DNA from: a virus
Taxonomy: Duplodnaviria; Caudoviricetes
Length of the DNA: 56,361 bases
Virus record (IMG/VR): IMGVR_UViG_3300025674_000049
Coordinates: 1 to 56,361 of that record
Direction: 5' to 3' (one strand)
In this document: piece after piece, positions 14,794-25,900 of the stretch
Layout: the number at the start of each line of letters is the position of its first letter
Numbering within the stretch: the first letter of the stretch is position 1
The notes under the pieces: generated by a model
Seen by the model: only the letters and a program-made list of their open reading frames with translations
Told to the model about the DNA's origin: nothing
Databases searched by the model: none
Made by a program: the position numbers and the translations under genes

Positions 14794-17561
14794 TGCAGTA
14801 CGTCGTTGAGGTAAATGTCCCAGTTACGGGACTTAAGGGTGGTGATTGCAGTGGCTGTAGTGCCTGGGAGGGTTGTGCCGTCGTAGTCGACTGTGATCTT
14901 TCCATCATTAGTGCCTGTACCGCTAGGTGCGGAAACGCCGGAGGCAGCAATCGAAACAAAAATGTTATCGACTGAAGTTGCTGTGAGGCTTGTACAGTTC
15001 TTCCAAGTTTCATAAAAGCACTCATCAACAGGTGTCCCGGCCCATAAATCAAAGAAGCCAGCGGGAAAATCAGTAAGGCTGTTGCAGCCGTTCCAGGCGG
15101 TGTTGAAGTTAGTACCAGAAGACGTGTTGATTAGAGGGAAACTAGTAAGACTGCTGCAGTTAGTCCAAGCGGCGGCGAAGTTAGTACCTGATGAGGTATC
15201 AATCAACGGGAAGCTAGTAAGACTGCTGCATAAGCCCCAGGCGAAGTTGAAGTTAGTACCTGATGAGGTATCAATCAACGGGAAGCTAGTAAGACTGCTG
15301 CATAAGCTCCAGGCGCCGCTAAAGTTAGTACCTGATGAAGTATTAATCAATGGGAAGCTAGTAAGACTGCTGCATAAGCTCCAGGCGCCGTTAAAGTTAG
15401 TACCTGATGAGGTATCAATCAACGGGAAGCTAGTAAGACTTCTGCATAAGCTCCAGGCGCCGCTAAAGTTAGTACCTGATGAGGTATCAATCAACGGGAA
15501 GCTAGTAAGACTGCTGCATAAGCTCCAGGCGCCGCTAAAGTTAGTACCTGATGAAGTATTAATCAATGGGAAGCTAGTAAGACTGCTGCAGTTGTTCCAA
15601 GCGGCGGCGAAGTTAGTACCTGATGAAGTATTAATCGACGGGAAAGTGCCGTTTATACTGGAGCATCCCTGCCAAGCGGCGGTGAAGTTAGTACCTGATG
15701 AAGTATTAATCAATGGGAAACTAGTAAGACTGCTGCAGCTGTTCCAAGCGGCGGTGAAGTTAGTCACGTTTTGCGTTTGACCACCATCAGCAACAAAAAT
15801 TGCTGGCATAGAAGCCAAACTGCTGCATCCATTCCATGTGCTTGAGAAGGTCGTAGCTGCGGTAAAATCAAACGACGGGAAAGTTCCAGTAATACTGCTG
15901 CAATCGCGGAATGCATTTGCCCAGTCGGTAACAGCACTTGTATCAGGTCTGTTTGTAGTGCGGGCAGAGTTGCTGAAATCCATTTGGCTGCAGCCGTAAA
16001 AAGCACCGTTCATCGTGCTCGGTGCTGTGAGCATGTCGCCCGTGCCCCATTCGGTGATCAACAGCAAATCGTCTGGGTTAATGATGTTGTTATATTGAAT
16101 ATTTTGCATTTTCCCTTCGACCCAAACAGGGTAGATACCGGCAGAAGGGTAATCGTGCGTCAAGCCGATAGCGCCTAGTTCTGCAGCAGCGCCCTCAAGG
16201 CCGGATTCAGTGCCATCGCCCCATGTGATCACGATGTCGTTGTCGGTGGCGACGCTCTCGGCAGGCAGCGTGAAGGTCTTCTCACCGTCAGCAGCTGTGC
16301 CCTGGGTGTTAATTACCAGTGCTAATGACCCGGCTGGTCCAGTTGGGTCATATGTGTCGGTGTTAATGGCGTCGATTTCACCTCGCACCAATGCTTCAGC
16401 GACTTCAGGTGTTAGTTCACCGGACCATGCATAAACAGTGTTGATGTAGCCGTTAAATGCCTTAGTTGCATCTACTGCATCGTGGCCAATCGCCAGCTTG
16501 TTGAGGTTAGTAGGGACTGAGCTGCTTAATGAAGGGGCAAACCGTGATGCATCACGTCCATATTGATAGTTATTAGCGCCGTAGGTAATGATATTGCGTT
16601 CGCGGTCGGTGGTTGGCACCGGCAATGGCAGTGATGCTTTGCTAACACCGTCATAATTGGTAATTAGCGCCAGCGAATTGTAAGTAGCAGTGCTGGAAAG
16701 ATATGCAAGATCAACCTTGTCGTTGCTATCGTTTTTCAAGGAAAGCAAAGTGTCGTTTTCTTTTACATCAATGGCGCGAGCATCGATGTAAACCGAACCA
16801 GTAGCAGGTAGCGGGGCTTCAATTGATATAAGGTCTTGGGCACGGGTTACGGCGCTGGTGGTTGTGGGGATGTAGGAGGTGGTGGAGGAGCCGAGTTCCA
16901 CCTGGGAACCCCAGATATAAACACCAGCGCCAATACCACCAGTTACACTTAATCGTATGGCATCAACCCAATGTTCAATAGTAAAAATACTGCTTTCAGC
17001 CGCTTTTACGTAAATACTTTGCGCGTAAATTATGCTCAAGCCTGGTACAAAAGCACAACGAAACCAGCCATTCCCAACGGGAATTAACGAAGCCGAGAGC
17101 ACGGGTTTTTCTGTGGAAATATCCCCTGTCGAAAGATTAAACGTTGCACTGTAACCAGATCCAATATTGACACCGGCAATAAAATTTGGTCCCAGAATAT
17201 ATGCTCCAGCCGTATTGCTTAACTTTGTAGCGTCAAGCTGACCGCTTGGACCAATCGCCGCGTTTGGCGTAACAGTAGTTGTTCCATTTTGATTAAGGGT
17301 CCAATTTGTTGAGAAACTATTGCTGTACGTTTGTGAGTTCGTCCTACTCTCCTCAATCAACAACCCCAGACTCTCACCAGTCACGGGGTCATGATCAAAT
17401 CGTGGCTCGTTACCACTGGCTGTTTGAATGCTGCCATTAGCGTCTACAAAAGTGCCAATGGAATCCCGCGTAAACTTAAACCGTGGATCGATGCGCTGCG
17501 ATGCACGCGGATCTAACAGAACCCTTGGGCGGTTGTCGTAAAACAGTTCCTTGATGGCCAT
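14790..17561 (-). CDS. Tail fibre / receptor-binding protein with BspA/DUF285-like repeats
   Basis: N-terminal FTR.S..PRFDHDP.TGESLGLLIEESRTN..TSYIPT fibre domain; PKD-like ITWGDG..HDY; ten 24-aa repeats. Confidence 0.8.
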   Translation of the reverse strand: MAIKELFYDNRPRVLLDPRASQRIDPRFKFTRDSIGTFVDANGSIQTASGNEPRFDHDPVTGESLGLLIEESRTNSQTYSNSFSTNWTLNQNGTTTVTPNAAIGPSGQLDATKLSNTAGAYILGPNFIAGVNIGSGYSATFNLSTGDISTEKPVLSASLIPVGNGWFRCAFVPGLSIIYAQSIYVKAAESSIFTIEHWVDAIRLSVTGGIGAGVYIWGSQVELGSSTTSYIPTTTSAVTRAQDLISIEAPLPATGSVYIDARAIDVKENDTLLSLKNDSNDKVDLAYLSSTATYNSLALITNYDGVSKASLPLPVPTTDRERNIITYGANNYQYGRDASRFAPSLSSSVPTNLNKLAIGHDAVDATKAFNGYINTVYAWSGELTPEVAEALVRGEIDAINTDTYDPTGPAGSLALVINTQGTAADGEKTFTLPAESVATDNDIVITWGDGTESGLEGAAAELGAIGLTHDYPSAGIYPVWVEGKMQNIQYNNIINPDDLLLITEWGTGDMLTAPSTMNGAFYGCSQMDFSNSARTTNRPDTSAVTDWANAFRDCSSITGTFPSFDFTAATTFSSTWNGCSSLASMPAIFVADGGQTQNVTNFTAAWNSCSSLTSFPLINTSSGTNFTAAWQGCSSINGTFPSINTSSGTNFAAAWNNCSSLTSFPLINTSSGTNFSGAWSLCSSLTSFPLIDTSSGTNFSGAWSLCRSLTSFPLIDTSSGTNFNGAWSLCSSLTSFPLINTSSGTNFSGAWSLCSSLTSFPLIDTSSGTNFNFAWGLCSSLTSFPLIDTSSGTNFAAAWTNCSSLTSFPLINTSSGTNFNTAWNGCNSLTDFPAGFFDLWAGTPVDECFYETWKNCTSLTATSVDNIFVSIAASGVSAPSGTGTNDGKITVDYDGTTLPGTTATAITTLKSRNWDIYLNDVLQ
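15070..15770 (-). repeat. 72-bp tandem repeat (24-aa GTNFxxAWxxCSSLTSFPLI[N/D]TSS), about 10 units
   Basis: TTAGTACCTGATGA recurs every 72 bp (e.g. 15181, 15253); one unit has one extra residue. Confidence 0.95.
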
Positions 17562-17570
17562 AGCAGAAAA

Positions 17571-20500
17571 TCAGGCGTTTGTGGTGGACTTGATGATTAC
17601 GAAATTAAGAACCACCGCTTCAGACAGTGACCCAGCGGTAAGGTTTCGCAGCGCAATCTTTACCGAACCGCCTGCGATGTCCAGCGTACTGACCGAATAA
17701 GCGCCAGCTGTAGCGCCGGATTTAATGCTGACAGCAATGACATCCTGCGGACCGACCTGGCTATTGGTCATTGTAAAGGGAACAGCACTACCTGCAGCAA
17801 GTGCAGCTCCGTTCATTGTGATCTGGCCGCATGGAGTGTTTAACGTTACGCCTGTAGATTTGCTAGTTGCTTGTGTAACAGCACCACCGCCTTGAGCGTA
17901 GCCGCACCACTCATCAACAAATGCCATACGCCCCAGCATCCCAGACACGGGCACCTCATCAGCACCAGTGCCAGCTTCAAAACTGAAGACCTTGCCGCTC
18001 AGTAATGCGTTGTACTCACGCCAATAGTTCAGGCTGAGGTTTGTGATCACTTTCGGCTGGTTGTTGTCCAGAATGCTTGGATTATCTAAAGCCTTTGCAG
18101 TGCCTTGAACATCTTCAATCGTTGCTAGCGATACAGGGCCAAGGGGATCTTCAGCTGTAGCCAGGTCGGCACTAAGAGTAAATTTTGCTTTGCCTTGGAT
18201 CGTAATATCGTTAAAGAAACTTTCGCCCTGAGCACTGATGCCAGATGGAAATTCTGTAACCGGATCTTCTTCAACGCTGGCCAGTGCTGTCAAACTTTGC
18301 TCTTGACCGGTATTCAGATCTTCGATGCCGGTGCTCTTAACGATGTAGCCCTCTTCATTAAAGCCAGATGGATAAACACGCCCCCCAAGCTTGTTGGTGA
18401 AGTAGTAACTAAATTTATTTAGCGGTGTTAGTTGTTGCTGCACAGCTGGGAACGCCTTGCTGTAATTCAGCGTTCCTGCCCATTCAAAAGCATGAGCGAA
18501 TAATCTTAAAACTGATGGCCTACGAAACTCGGCTGCCCAAGCGTTTTGTGATGTGGCTAAACCACCTGACGGAGCGGTAGGGAAGTCTGATGTACTGTTG
18601 ACTTTACGAATACGTTCATCAGTTGCTCTTGGCTGTAATGCTGCATGACTTGCGGCAATGCTGAAACCTAGCGCCCTCAAAAGCGCATAAGCGCCCTGGT
18701 AATCGTTGCTTGTCTGGTACTGATTTTGAATCGACTCAGTAACAGTGCCAGCACCTGCACTCGCAGTCCAAAGCGTTGAGAAATCAAAACCTAATGTTGT
18801 ACTAGACTGACTATTTGCAGTATCATTATCGAGGGTGATTGTATAGCTTTGATTGTCTAGTTTTTCGTCCGGGCTAAAACTACTAGACATATGAACAAAT
18901 GATTCCTGCCAGTCCGTTGAACTAGGACCACCAGAGCTGGGCGTAGTCACATCACGCAAAGCTGTAAAATGCTTTTCTGCGTAGATAGCAGTTGTGCCCT
19001 TGCGGTAAAAGGTGCTAGCCGCGTAGCTTACGGCTGGATTGGTACGGCGTATCTGGATCTCCATCCCTTTATAGATAGAGCTGAACTGCGGGAAGTCCGT
19101 TCCAGAAATGTCCTTTTGCGCGACAGTGGTAACTGCTAACGGATCGCTTGTAGATAACGTGCCATTCACATAAGGGTCAACATCACCAGCCAGAACTGGT
19201 GCTGTTGGATCAAGCTGCAAGATGTAGTCGCGCTGTACCACACGAGTAGATTCCTGCACAGCAAACATGCCGATACTTAACCGCCGTTCAGATGCTGTGC
19301 GAGTGTCTACTAATCGACGAACATAGACTCGACGACCAATTGCTCGATTAATTGTTGAGTTTGGTGGTATGCCTGGGCTTACATTGCTTTCATCCTGAAG
19401 CGGTGAGTTGGCCTTCAAAAGAATGCGATTAGGGTCGCTAGTACTCCATGCACTGGCGTTCAATTGTGCTCGCCAGTCGGTGCCATTGGGGTTTTCAACC
19501 CAGACGTAGCTGTCTTCGCGCAATGTGTACCCTAGGTCACCAAGAATCTTTGGCACTGTTGTAGAGCCATCAGCCGCAACTAGGTCTTGCGCCATGTCGA
19601 AGCGGAATTGACCATCTGCATAGTCACTAATTGTGCCGAGGAAATACTTCTGGACGTTGCCAGTTTTTTCGCTGATATTCAGCGGTACATTAAAATAAGC
19701 GAAACGCCATTCAGAATCGATACCGAATGCTTCTGTTTTGTAACCGCTAGACAATGCAACACAACCACCAAAGGAAGAGTTGCTGTTAGTAATACTTACT
19801 TCAGCGCCACTTTCAGTTGCATGGTGAATCCCTTGCCCAATTGCAAAAATTGAGACTTCTTGGATAAAAGCGTTATTAATGGCACGGATATGAAAGCTGC
19901 GCCGCGCTGGCTTCATCCGAACATTATTCGGATCGCTACTGATATAAGTCGCGTAATTAGGCATTGTGCCCCAGGCGCTGCCGCTATAAAGCTCCCAGCA
20001 GTCCATGTCTTTTTGAAGCGACACGCCCGTAAAATTCGCGGTCACCATTGATTTCAAACCTTCGACCTTCGCTCCATCAGCGTGGATGCCGCCTAGGCCA
20101 TACTCAGAACGGATTGAGCAGTTGAAAACGTATGGTGATGCTGATTGGGTCGTGTCCCATGCTGAAGTCGGTGTCCCCTCAATTGGGCCAACGATTTTAA
20201 ATTCAGTGTCACGGGTGACGGTTATCGCATCGCTTAAATTTGCAGGACTACCAACGTAGGTGCGGATCTTTGTGTAAAACTCATCGAGTTCCGCCTCACT
20301 AGCGAAACCAAAAGCAGACAACAAATGGTGGCTAGTTGTCGTATTTATTTTGTCAAAAACTGAGAAACCGAAGAAATAGCCCGTTCCAGTGATTTTAAAA
20401 ATTTCGCTACGATTGCTGCGGTCTGCAAGTTCGTCAGCAGGAGTTGGGACATAAGTCGGGCGGAATGTGCATTTACGCAAATCAGGACCGCACAGGCTGC

Positions 20501-21080
20501 ACCCACGCGGCAGTAATAGCCCCCCATTCGTCGGGTTAAACTCAATCAGGTCTGCTGGTGTCGGTTCATACCCATCGGTCCAAGTTACAGGCGTGCCAGT
20601 GCCTGGATCGTTGTAAATGGTGTGTACGCCTGGAGCAATAACGATTGAGACGCAATCAAGATGCGCTTTTGGATCTGTAATTGTGTACCAGTCTTTGCTG
20701 GTGATAATCGCAGCTTCAATCACTGCGCGGTTAATAGTCTTAAATGGACGCTGAGGACTGAAGCCACAGGTAAGGCGTTGTTTGTCTAGTCGCTTTAGTT
20801 TGGCTTCGATTATTTCTTCGTCTGTACTGCCACTGGGGGCTTCATAGGTGTTGTACGAACCACCGGCAAACGTATCCTCTCCGATGTATGGGTTGACATA
20901 TAACGTGAACGGAGCTGTTAGCGGGTCCACCATTTCAGTGCTACCGGCTGCCACGTTGGCAGTGCCAGCAACCTGACGCATCAAGTCATTGAGGGCTGCG
21001 ATCTGAACTCGGAACTCAGCCTGTGTTGCGTTGATATTGTCTAAAGCGCCGGTAGCGCCTGCAAGTTCTAGCGACGACAC
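17571..21080 (-). CDS. Tail fibre/tailspike (beta-helix type)
   Basis: LYVNPY.G.D, PFKTINRA, G.DLRK..RP, SPYVFNCSIRS.YG..G..ADG motifs; C-terminal GGAVTQATSKSTGVTLN domain. Confidence 0.75.
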   Translation of the reverse strand: MSSLELAGATGALDNINATQAEFRVQIAALNDLMRQVAGTANVAAGSTEMVDPLTAPFTLYVNPYIGEDTFAGGSYNTYEAPSGSTDEEIIEAKLKRLDKQRLTCGFSPQRPFKTINRAVIEAAIITSKDWYTITDPKAHLDCVSIVIAPGVHTIYNDPGTGTPVTWTDGYEPTPADLIEFNPTNGGLLLPRGCSLCGPDLRKCTFRPTYVPTPADELADRSNRSEIFKITGTGYFFGFSVFDKINTTTSHHLLSAFGFASEAELDEFYTKIRTYVGSPANLSDAITVTRDTEFKIVGPIEGTPTSAWDTTQSASPYVFNCSIRSEYGLGGIHADGAKVEGLKSMVTANFTGVSLQKDMDCWELYSGSAWGTMPNYATYISSDPNNVRMKPARRSFHIRAINNAFIQEVSIFAIGQGIHHATESGAEVSITNSNSSFGGCVALSSGYKTEAFGIDSEWRFAYFNVPLNISEKTGNVQKYFLGTISDYADGQFRFDMAQDLVAADGSTTVPKILGDLGYTLREDSYVWVENPNGTDWRAQLNASAWSTSDPNRILLKANSPLQDESNVSPGIPPNSTINRAIGRRVYVRRLVDTRTASERRLSIGMFAVQESTRVVQRDYILQLDPTAPVLAGDVDPYVNGTLSTSDPLAVTTVAQKDISGTDFPQFSSIYKGMEIQIRRTNPAVSYAASTFYRKGTTAIYAEKHFTALRDVTTPSSGGPSSTDWQESFVHMSSSFSPDEKLDNQSYTITLDNDTANSQSSTTLGFDFSTLWTASAGAGTVTESIQNQYQTSNDYQGAYALLRALGFSIAASHAALQPRATDERIRKVNSTSDFPTAPSGGLATSQNAWAAEFRRPSVLRLFAHAFEWAGTLNYSKAFPAVQQQLTPLNKFSYYFTNKLGGRVYPSGFNEEGYIVKSTGIEDLNTGQEQSLTALASVEEDPVTEFPSGISAQGESFFNDITIQGKAKFTLSADLATAEDPLGPVSLATIEDVQGTAKALDNPSILDNNQPKVITNLSLNYWREYNALLSGKVFSFEAGTGADEVPVSGMLGRMAFVDEWCGYAQGGGAVTQATSKSTGVTLNTPCGQITMNGAALAAGSAVPFTMTNSQVGPQDVIAVSIKSGATAGAYSVSTLDIAGGSVKIALRNLTAGSLSEAVVLNFVIIKSTTNA

Positions 21081-21119
21081 AGGCTTAAAATCCTTCTTAT
21101 AACCAGTACAGCCAGTCTA

Positions 21120-22157
21120 TCAAGGTTCAAATTTTATCGCAATCTCCCCTGTTGCCACAAAGTCACTGGTGCCGGAGATGATGTCGGTGGCTTTTACGTC
21201 AATGCGCGTGTTCGTTAGCAAAATATCGCAGTCGTAGTAAGCAGTGGAACCTACCTGAGGCAGCACTGGATTGCGGTCTTTAAACAGATAAAACTTGGCA
21301 CTTGACTTGGCTTGCTTTTCCGTCAACATAACCAGCCTCAATAATGTCGTGCTGCTTTGATCTCCATCTACGTGGCGCTGATCAACCAGGAACGTAAGCG
21401 AACCAGCGCCACGCACCAGTGATTTTGTGTTCTCGCCAAACGTTTCGCCAATCGCGGTCATGTCTAGATTGCTTGCATCAACACTGAGTGCCCATTCCTG
21501 CAGGTCGCATTGAACAAGCCAGCCTCTGGAATCAGGGTTACTTGCCACGGCAGTCATTCCAGACGGCACCGTGATCACGTCTTCTAATTTTTGACTACTT
21601 GATGGTAGTGTTAGCGGCTTAATACTGGATGCTGCTAAGTCAATGGCACTGGAATATTCGGGTGTGTCGTTATAACGTGTGATGACAAGGTTTTCAGTAT
21701 TAACACTTTTTAGCGCAAGAATTTGGCTAGAATCTGCGTTATAAGCTGCAATCGCACTTTTATAGAGCTTGGCACGGTCTAGGTCGTCCATATTGATATA
21801 AGCATCGACCTGTGTTGTTAATCCAGTAGTGGCTGCAGTGTTATAAAACGGGACCGTATTAGTTGATTGGTAATAGTTAGCACTTGGAGCAGTTACATGA
21901 ACGCGAGCAGGCCCAAGGTCATAAATGCTGCCGTAATAAATGCCTTGTCCGCCTGGATTGCTAGCAAAACCATTGTCATTTCCGTCAATCGGCAGACCAC
22001 CCTCAGCCGCAAGAATTATGCGATCCCCAGTCCAATATTTGGGATCGTCGATGGATAGCGTTGCAGTAGAAATATTCAGCGCATTAGGAGCTAAAGCCCT
22101 AGGCTCCGGCCATTCACGGCTTAATTCAAGAATGCCACCGTTGCCAATAATTGCCAT
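21120..22157 (-). CDS. Minor tail protein with a tail-tube-like C-terminal domain
   Basis: EWALSVD..LDMTAIGE.F..GAGSL tube-like motif; position in the tail module. Confidence 0.65.
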   Translation of the reverse strand: MAIIGNGGILELSREWPEPRALAPNALNISTATLSIDDPKYWTGDRIILAAEGGLPIDGNDNGFASNPGGQGIYYGSIYDLGPARVHVTAPSANYYQSTNTVPFYNTAATTGLTTQVDAYINMDDLDRAKLYKSAIAAYNADSSQILALKSVNTENLVITRYNDTPEYSSAIDLAASSIKPLTLPSSSQKLEDVITVPSGMTAVASNPDSRGWLVQCDLQEWALSVDASNLDMTAIGETFGENTKSLVRGAGSLTFLVDQRHVDGDQSSTTLLRLVMLTEKQAKSSAKFYLFKDRNPVLPQVGSTAYYDCDILLTNTRIDVKATDIISGTSDFVATGEIAIKFEP

Positions 22158-22573
22158 CAGAAGCTGCCAGTAGGCTTGCCAGACATTGTGAAACTGATCG
22201 GAACGGTGATCAGATCACCCACGCTTACGGATGCGCCGGTTGCGGTGATCAGGACAGAGCCCGAGATCGTGCCAGCGGTGCTGCCGGTGTCGAGCTTTAA
22301 CTGTATCGTCGAAAGAGCTTCAGTCTCGTCTAGGACTTGGTTGATGATGGCGGCAGTGCCACTATCAACGGGATCGTACAAGAGCGTGCCGCTGCCGCTT
22401 GTTCCACGGATGCCGTAGGCGTAGGTGCGGTCATTCTCGCCGATGCCAGTTGTTTCCAACGCATCGCGGTTGATGTTTAACGTGATGTCACGTACTTTTG
22501 CGATGGTTGTGTATGTGCCGGTGCCACTGGCACTGAAGCCTAATTGCGCAGTTGCGCCTGTCCGTACTGCCAT
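22157..22573 (-). CDS. Tail-tube-like protein
   Basis: RDITLNINRDALETTGIGE..GSGTLLYD..ISFTMSG. Confidence 0.65.
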   Translation of the reverse strand: MAVRTGATAQLGFSASGTGTYTTIAKVRDITLNINRDALETTGIGENDRTYAYGIRGTSGSGTLLYDPVDSGTAAIINQVLDETEALSTIQLKLDTGSTAGTISGSVLITATGASVSVGDLITVPISFTMSGKPTGSF

Positions 22574-22587
22574 AATCGTGCTGAGAG

Positions 22588-22995
22588 TTAGCTCATTCTA
22601 AGCTCTGCTGTCAGTTCAACAGTGACATTGGAACGGCCTGGAGCGACGCTTTCAACTCGTGGCGACGTGCCTTCGCTAAAAGACCACAGCAGGCCCGCCC
22701 CTGTAGCCGATGCATTCAGCCAGCTCTGTAACGTAGCGTCTGCACCAGCAAATATCTGCGACGGCAGCGTCAGGCTGTCAACTGAACCTTTCGCGCTGTT
22801 GTACGCGCTGAGGATTGCTGCTGTGTTGGTGTCGTTGACGTTGCCAAATGTCAGGCTGAGTTTTGCTTGGCTTGGCCTGCTGCCCCACAACCTGCGGGTG
22901 ATCACACCTGACTGCGATACCTGTGTTTTGGTCGGCCATGTCGGAGCAACAAAGCGCCGACTTGTTGGTTGAACTGCCGGGAACGTCGTTGCCAT
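22588..22995 (-). CDS. Minor tail protein (distal tail, lambda gpM-like)
   Basis: FP...P.SR..LSLTF..W.F..P.V..V.VEL pattern; tail-tip cluster. Confidence 0.6.
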   Translation of the reverse strand: MATTFPAVQPTSRRFVAPTWPTKTQVSQSGVITRRLWGSRPSQAKLSLTFGNVNDTNTAAILSAYNSAKGSVDSLTLPSQIFAGADATLQSWLNASATGAGLLWSFSEGTSPRVESVAPGRSNVTVELTAELRMS

Positions 22996-22997
22996 TG

Positions 22998-25900
22998 TTA
23001 GGTGATGCTCCAGTTGCCAGCGTTATCGAAGCCATCGGCAAGCTCAAGAATGTCTGAGCTGTTGGTTGGCATATGTACGGCTTCAATTGTAAACGTGCCC
23101 TCTTCAGTTGGCGTTATGCGCTCAATCTGATAAGTGCGAACCTGCGTGCTCGGCAACTTAACCGTGAATACAACTCCTGTAGGTGTTGCTGTCTTGCCAC
23201 TGTTGCTAACAACCAGCGTGGTGTCTGCTGGTGTTGTATCGGCGTCACCGTTCCAAGCAATTACGGTATAGGAACCATCAGCTAATGATTTTGTACTGAC
23301 TAGCGCGCCTTCAGGAGTTACGACGCCGTTATTGAACTCGTCGTACTCAGTTGCGTCCATCCCTACTTTTATGTAATCGCCCGGTGCCATTGCCATCAAA
23401 ACGCCTTCATGCGTTGTGGTGAAACTGATGGTGTGCGTTGGGATGCGACGCATCCTGATCACGAACTTGGCAGCATCGATCGCATGGTCGCGATTGGTGC
23501 AGTAGTCAGACACATCGATGGTTTCGAGCGCGACACTGGAGCTGGCGGATGATTCACGCACCAACACTTCGCGAACAGTCGGGAACATCCCTGGGTTATC
23601 CAGATTTGTGCTGGCACGCTCCTCGCGATAGCGCACAGACACTTGAATAGGGTCACGCTCTTCAGGGTCGAAATATTGAAGCTTGAAGCTATTCTCGACG
23701 ATATTACCTGCAGTAAAAAGACCTGTGATTGCAACAGCATCGAACTGCAGGGCTGGACGCAGGAAGAACTTGCCGTCAGACTCGCCAAATATCAACAGGT
23801 GCGTTGCTGCAACATCAGCGCACCATTGACGAATGTTGATTTTATCAGCAATCACGCCATCAAAGAAGTATTTGCGTGAATAGCACCAGTCGGCTGCAGC
23901 TGTGAACTCAGTAAAGTTCACCATGTCGTCAGTAATTAAATCGCCTCTCCCGTAGGTGCTGTTGGTCATTAAGTCCAACACAATGTCTGGGAGTAAATGC
24001 GTGGCTCCAACGGCCAAGCTGCTACGAAGTTGACGGCAGGTTTTACCGCCTGTCACATAGCAACTAAATTGGCTGAATTGTTGCCACTCAACTGAAGAGC
24101 TAATATTGACTCCGATTAAGGCAAGGTTGTCGTAGTTAGGTGCGTAAGTGTTTCCGTCGTTGTCAACATTTGAAACTATTTCGTTTACATAAGTCACCTC
24201 ATGTTCTGGTGCTGACGCTGATGAAACTACTTCGTCAAAGATAAATGACTCTGCAAGCTTGCCCCAAGTGTCAATTAATGATAAATCGTTATTTGAATAG
24301 CTTGCATCGCTTTGTGGATACTGGAACGGTACTGAAGCAGTGTCTAGCCCTGAGCCTCTTCTGCCCACGGAAATTGCGAACGTATCAGCAGTGCCCGCCA
24401 CAGCAGTCCCATTGAATCGAACTGTGAGCCCAGAATCACCAATCACTTGCTCAGGCAATCCAGCCTCTAAAACATAGAGCTGGTTATCTGATCGCTCCTC
24501 ACGGACCTCCCATCCTGAAAGCGGCTCAAGTTGAAACTCCCATATCTTTATGTCGCCATTGAATGAGATCTGAAAATAATTAAAGATATTCTCTGAGGTA
24601 GAGCCACGAACCCCATAACTGTATTGCAACTCTGTAAAGGTGCTGGCTCCGGCTTGACGGTAGTAGATTTTGAAGAATGAATACCTTTCGACTTGAGTAG
24701 AAATAGTGTTAGACCTATACTCAGTTGTATAAAGAGATGCGCCTTCGTCTAGAATGTTGCCTTTGTAGTCTAAACAAGCTTTATTGTCGCAAAATTTGTT
24801 GTTTTTTAGTGTATTAAATGCCGCAATATTGTTCACCCTAATTCCAAGTCTTGAGCGGATTCCGATCTCAACTGCGCCGCATGGCCTAGATGTAGAGAAT
24901 GAAGCAATTGCACATCGCATAATGTGGCCGTCAGTTGTTCCAGTATTGCGGCTCGGCCTAGAACTTGAGTCGTACCAATCATCACCATCAAGTTCAATAT
25001 CTGCTTGATTATTGGTCTGTACAGCCCCTGTCCTTACAGTTTTAAAGGTTGCGTTGACACTCTGGGGCAACTCTGTATCAGCATTAGAGGCGAAGGGGTT
25101 GCCTGTCCTGGCAGTGCAAACCGCCAGCCCGCTACCGATTTTGTATAGCTCACCTATGACAATTGAATTGTCCCAACTCTTCTGCCTTCCAGCGATTGAT
25201 GCTGCAATGTCTTCACATGTTTCAGCAAAAATATCTTTCAAGTTAATGTAAGAGACTAAAGTGTAGTAATTTGCAGTATCGTTAGCAGGCACCCTGCTCC
25301 ACTGGTAAACTGCATTCAGCGGACTTGCGCTTGTAACTTTTTCTTCATTAAGAAGCCCTCCTTGAAGGCTTACGCCGTTTAGCGCGGTATAAGTAGCTCC
25401 GTCAGCAGTAAAAGTAAAAGTGCTCTCGCTTATGGAAAAATTCTCGTCAACGTTATCAGTAGAAAGCTCTATGAAGCTGTCTGAAGTAACTGTCATTTGG
25501 TGCGTCTGAATGACCGTGATGTCATCTTCAGGGTCATCGGCAATTAAATCATTGGTCAGCGTAACTTTAAATTTTGATGCTTTCAACAGCTGCAACTCTT
25601 GCAAACTCATGCTGCTGGTATTTAATTCCACTTTCACTGCAATTGCTGCAATGTCTTCCTCTCTTGCCGCTGAATTATCTAGATTATCACTATAAGCAAC
25701 ATAACCCCAATCGTTTACAGATCCTGGCGTTACGCCTGGCCCTTCGCTGATCTCTTTAATAGTTGCCGTGAATCTGTTTAGCAGTTGCTGTGCGAGGGCA
25801 GCAGTGCCGCTGGAAGAATTGGTGTTGTTTGTGTCATCGTATTTAAACTTTATTTTTCCATTTCCACCTGAACTAGTGTTCTCCACCTCTAAAGTTGTCC

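Noticed and set aside
15070-15770. CRISPR array or DGR template/variable repeat
   Set aside because: Units are contiguous and in-frame coding with no unique spacers; no cas or reverse transcriptase gene in the window.
15082-15780. 232-aa repetitive plus-strand ORF
   Set aside because: Antisense shadow of the 72-bp fibre repeat.
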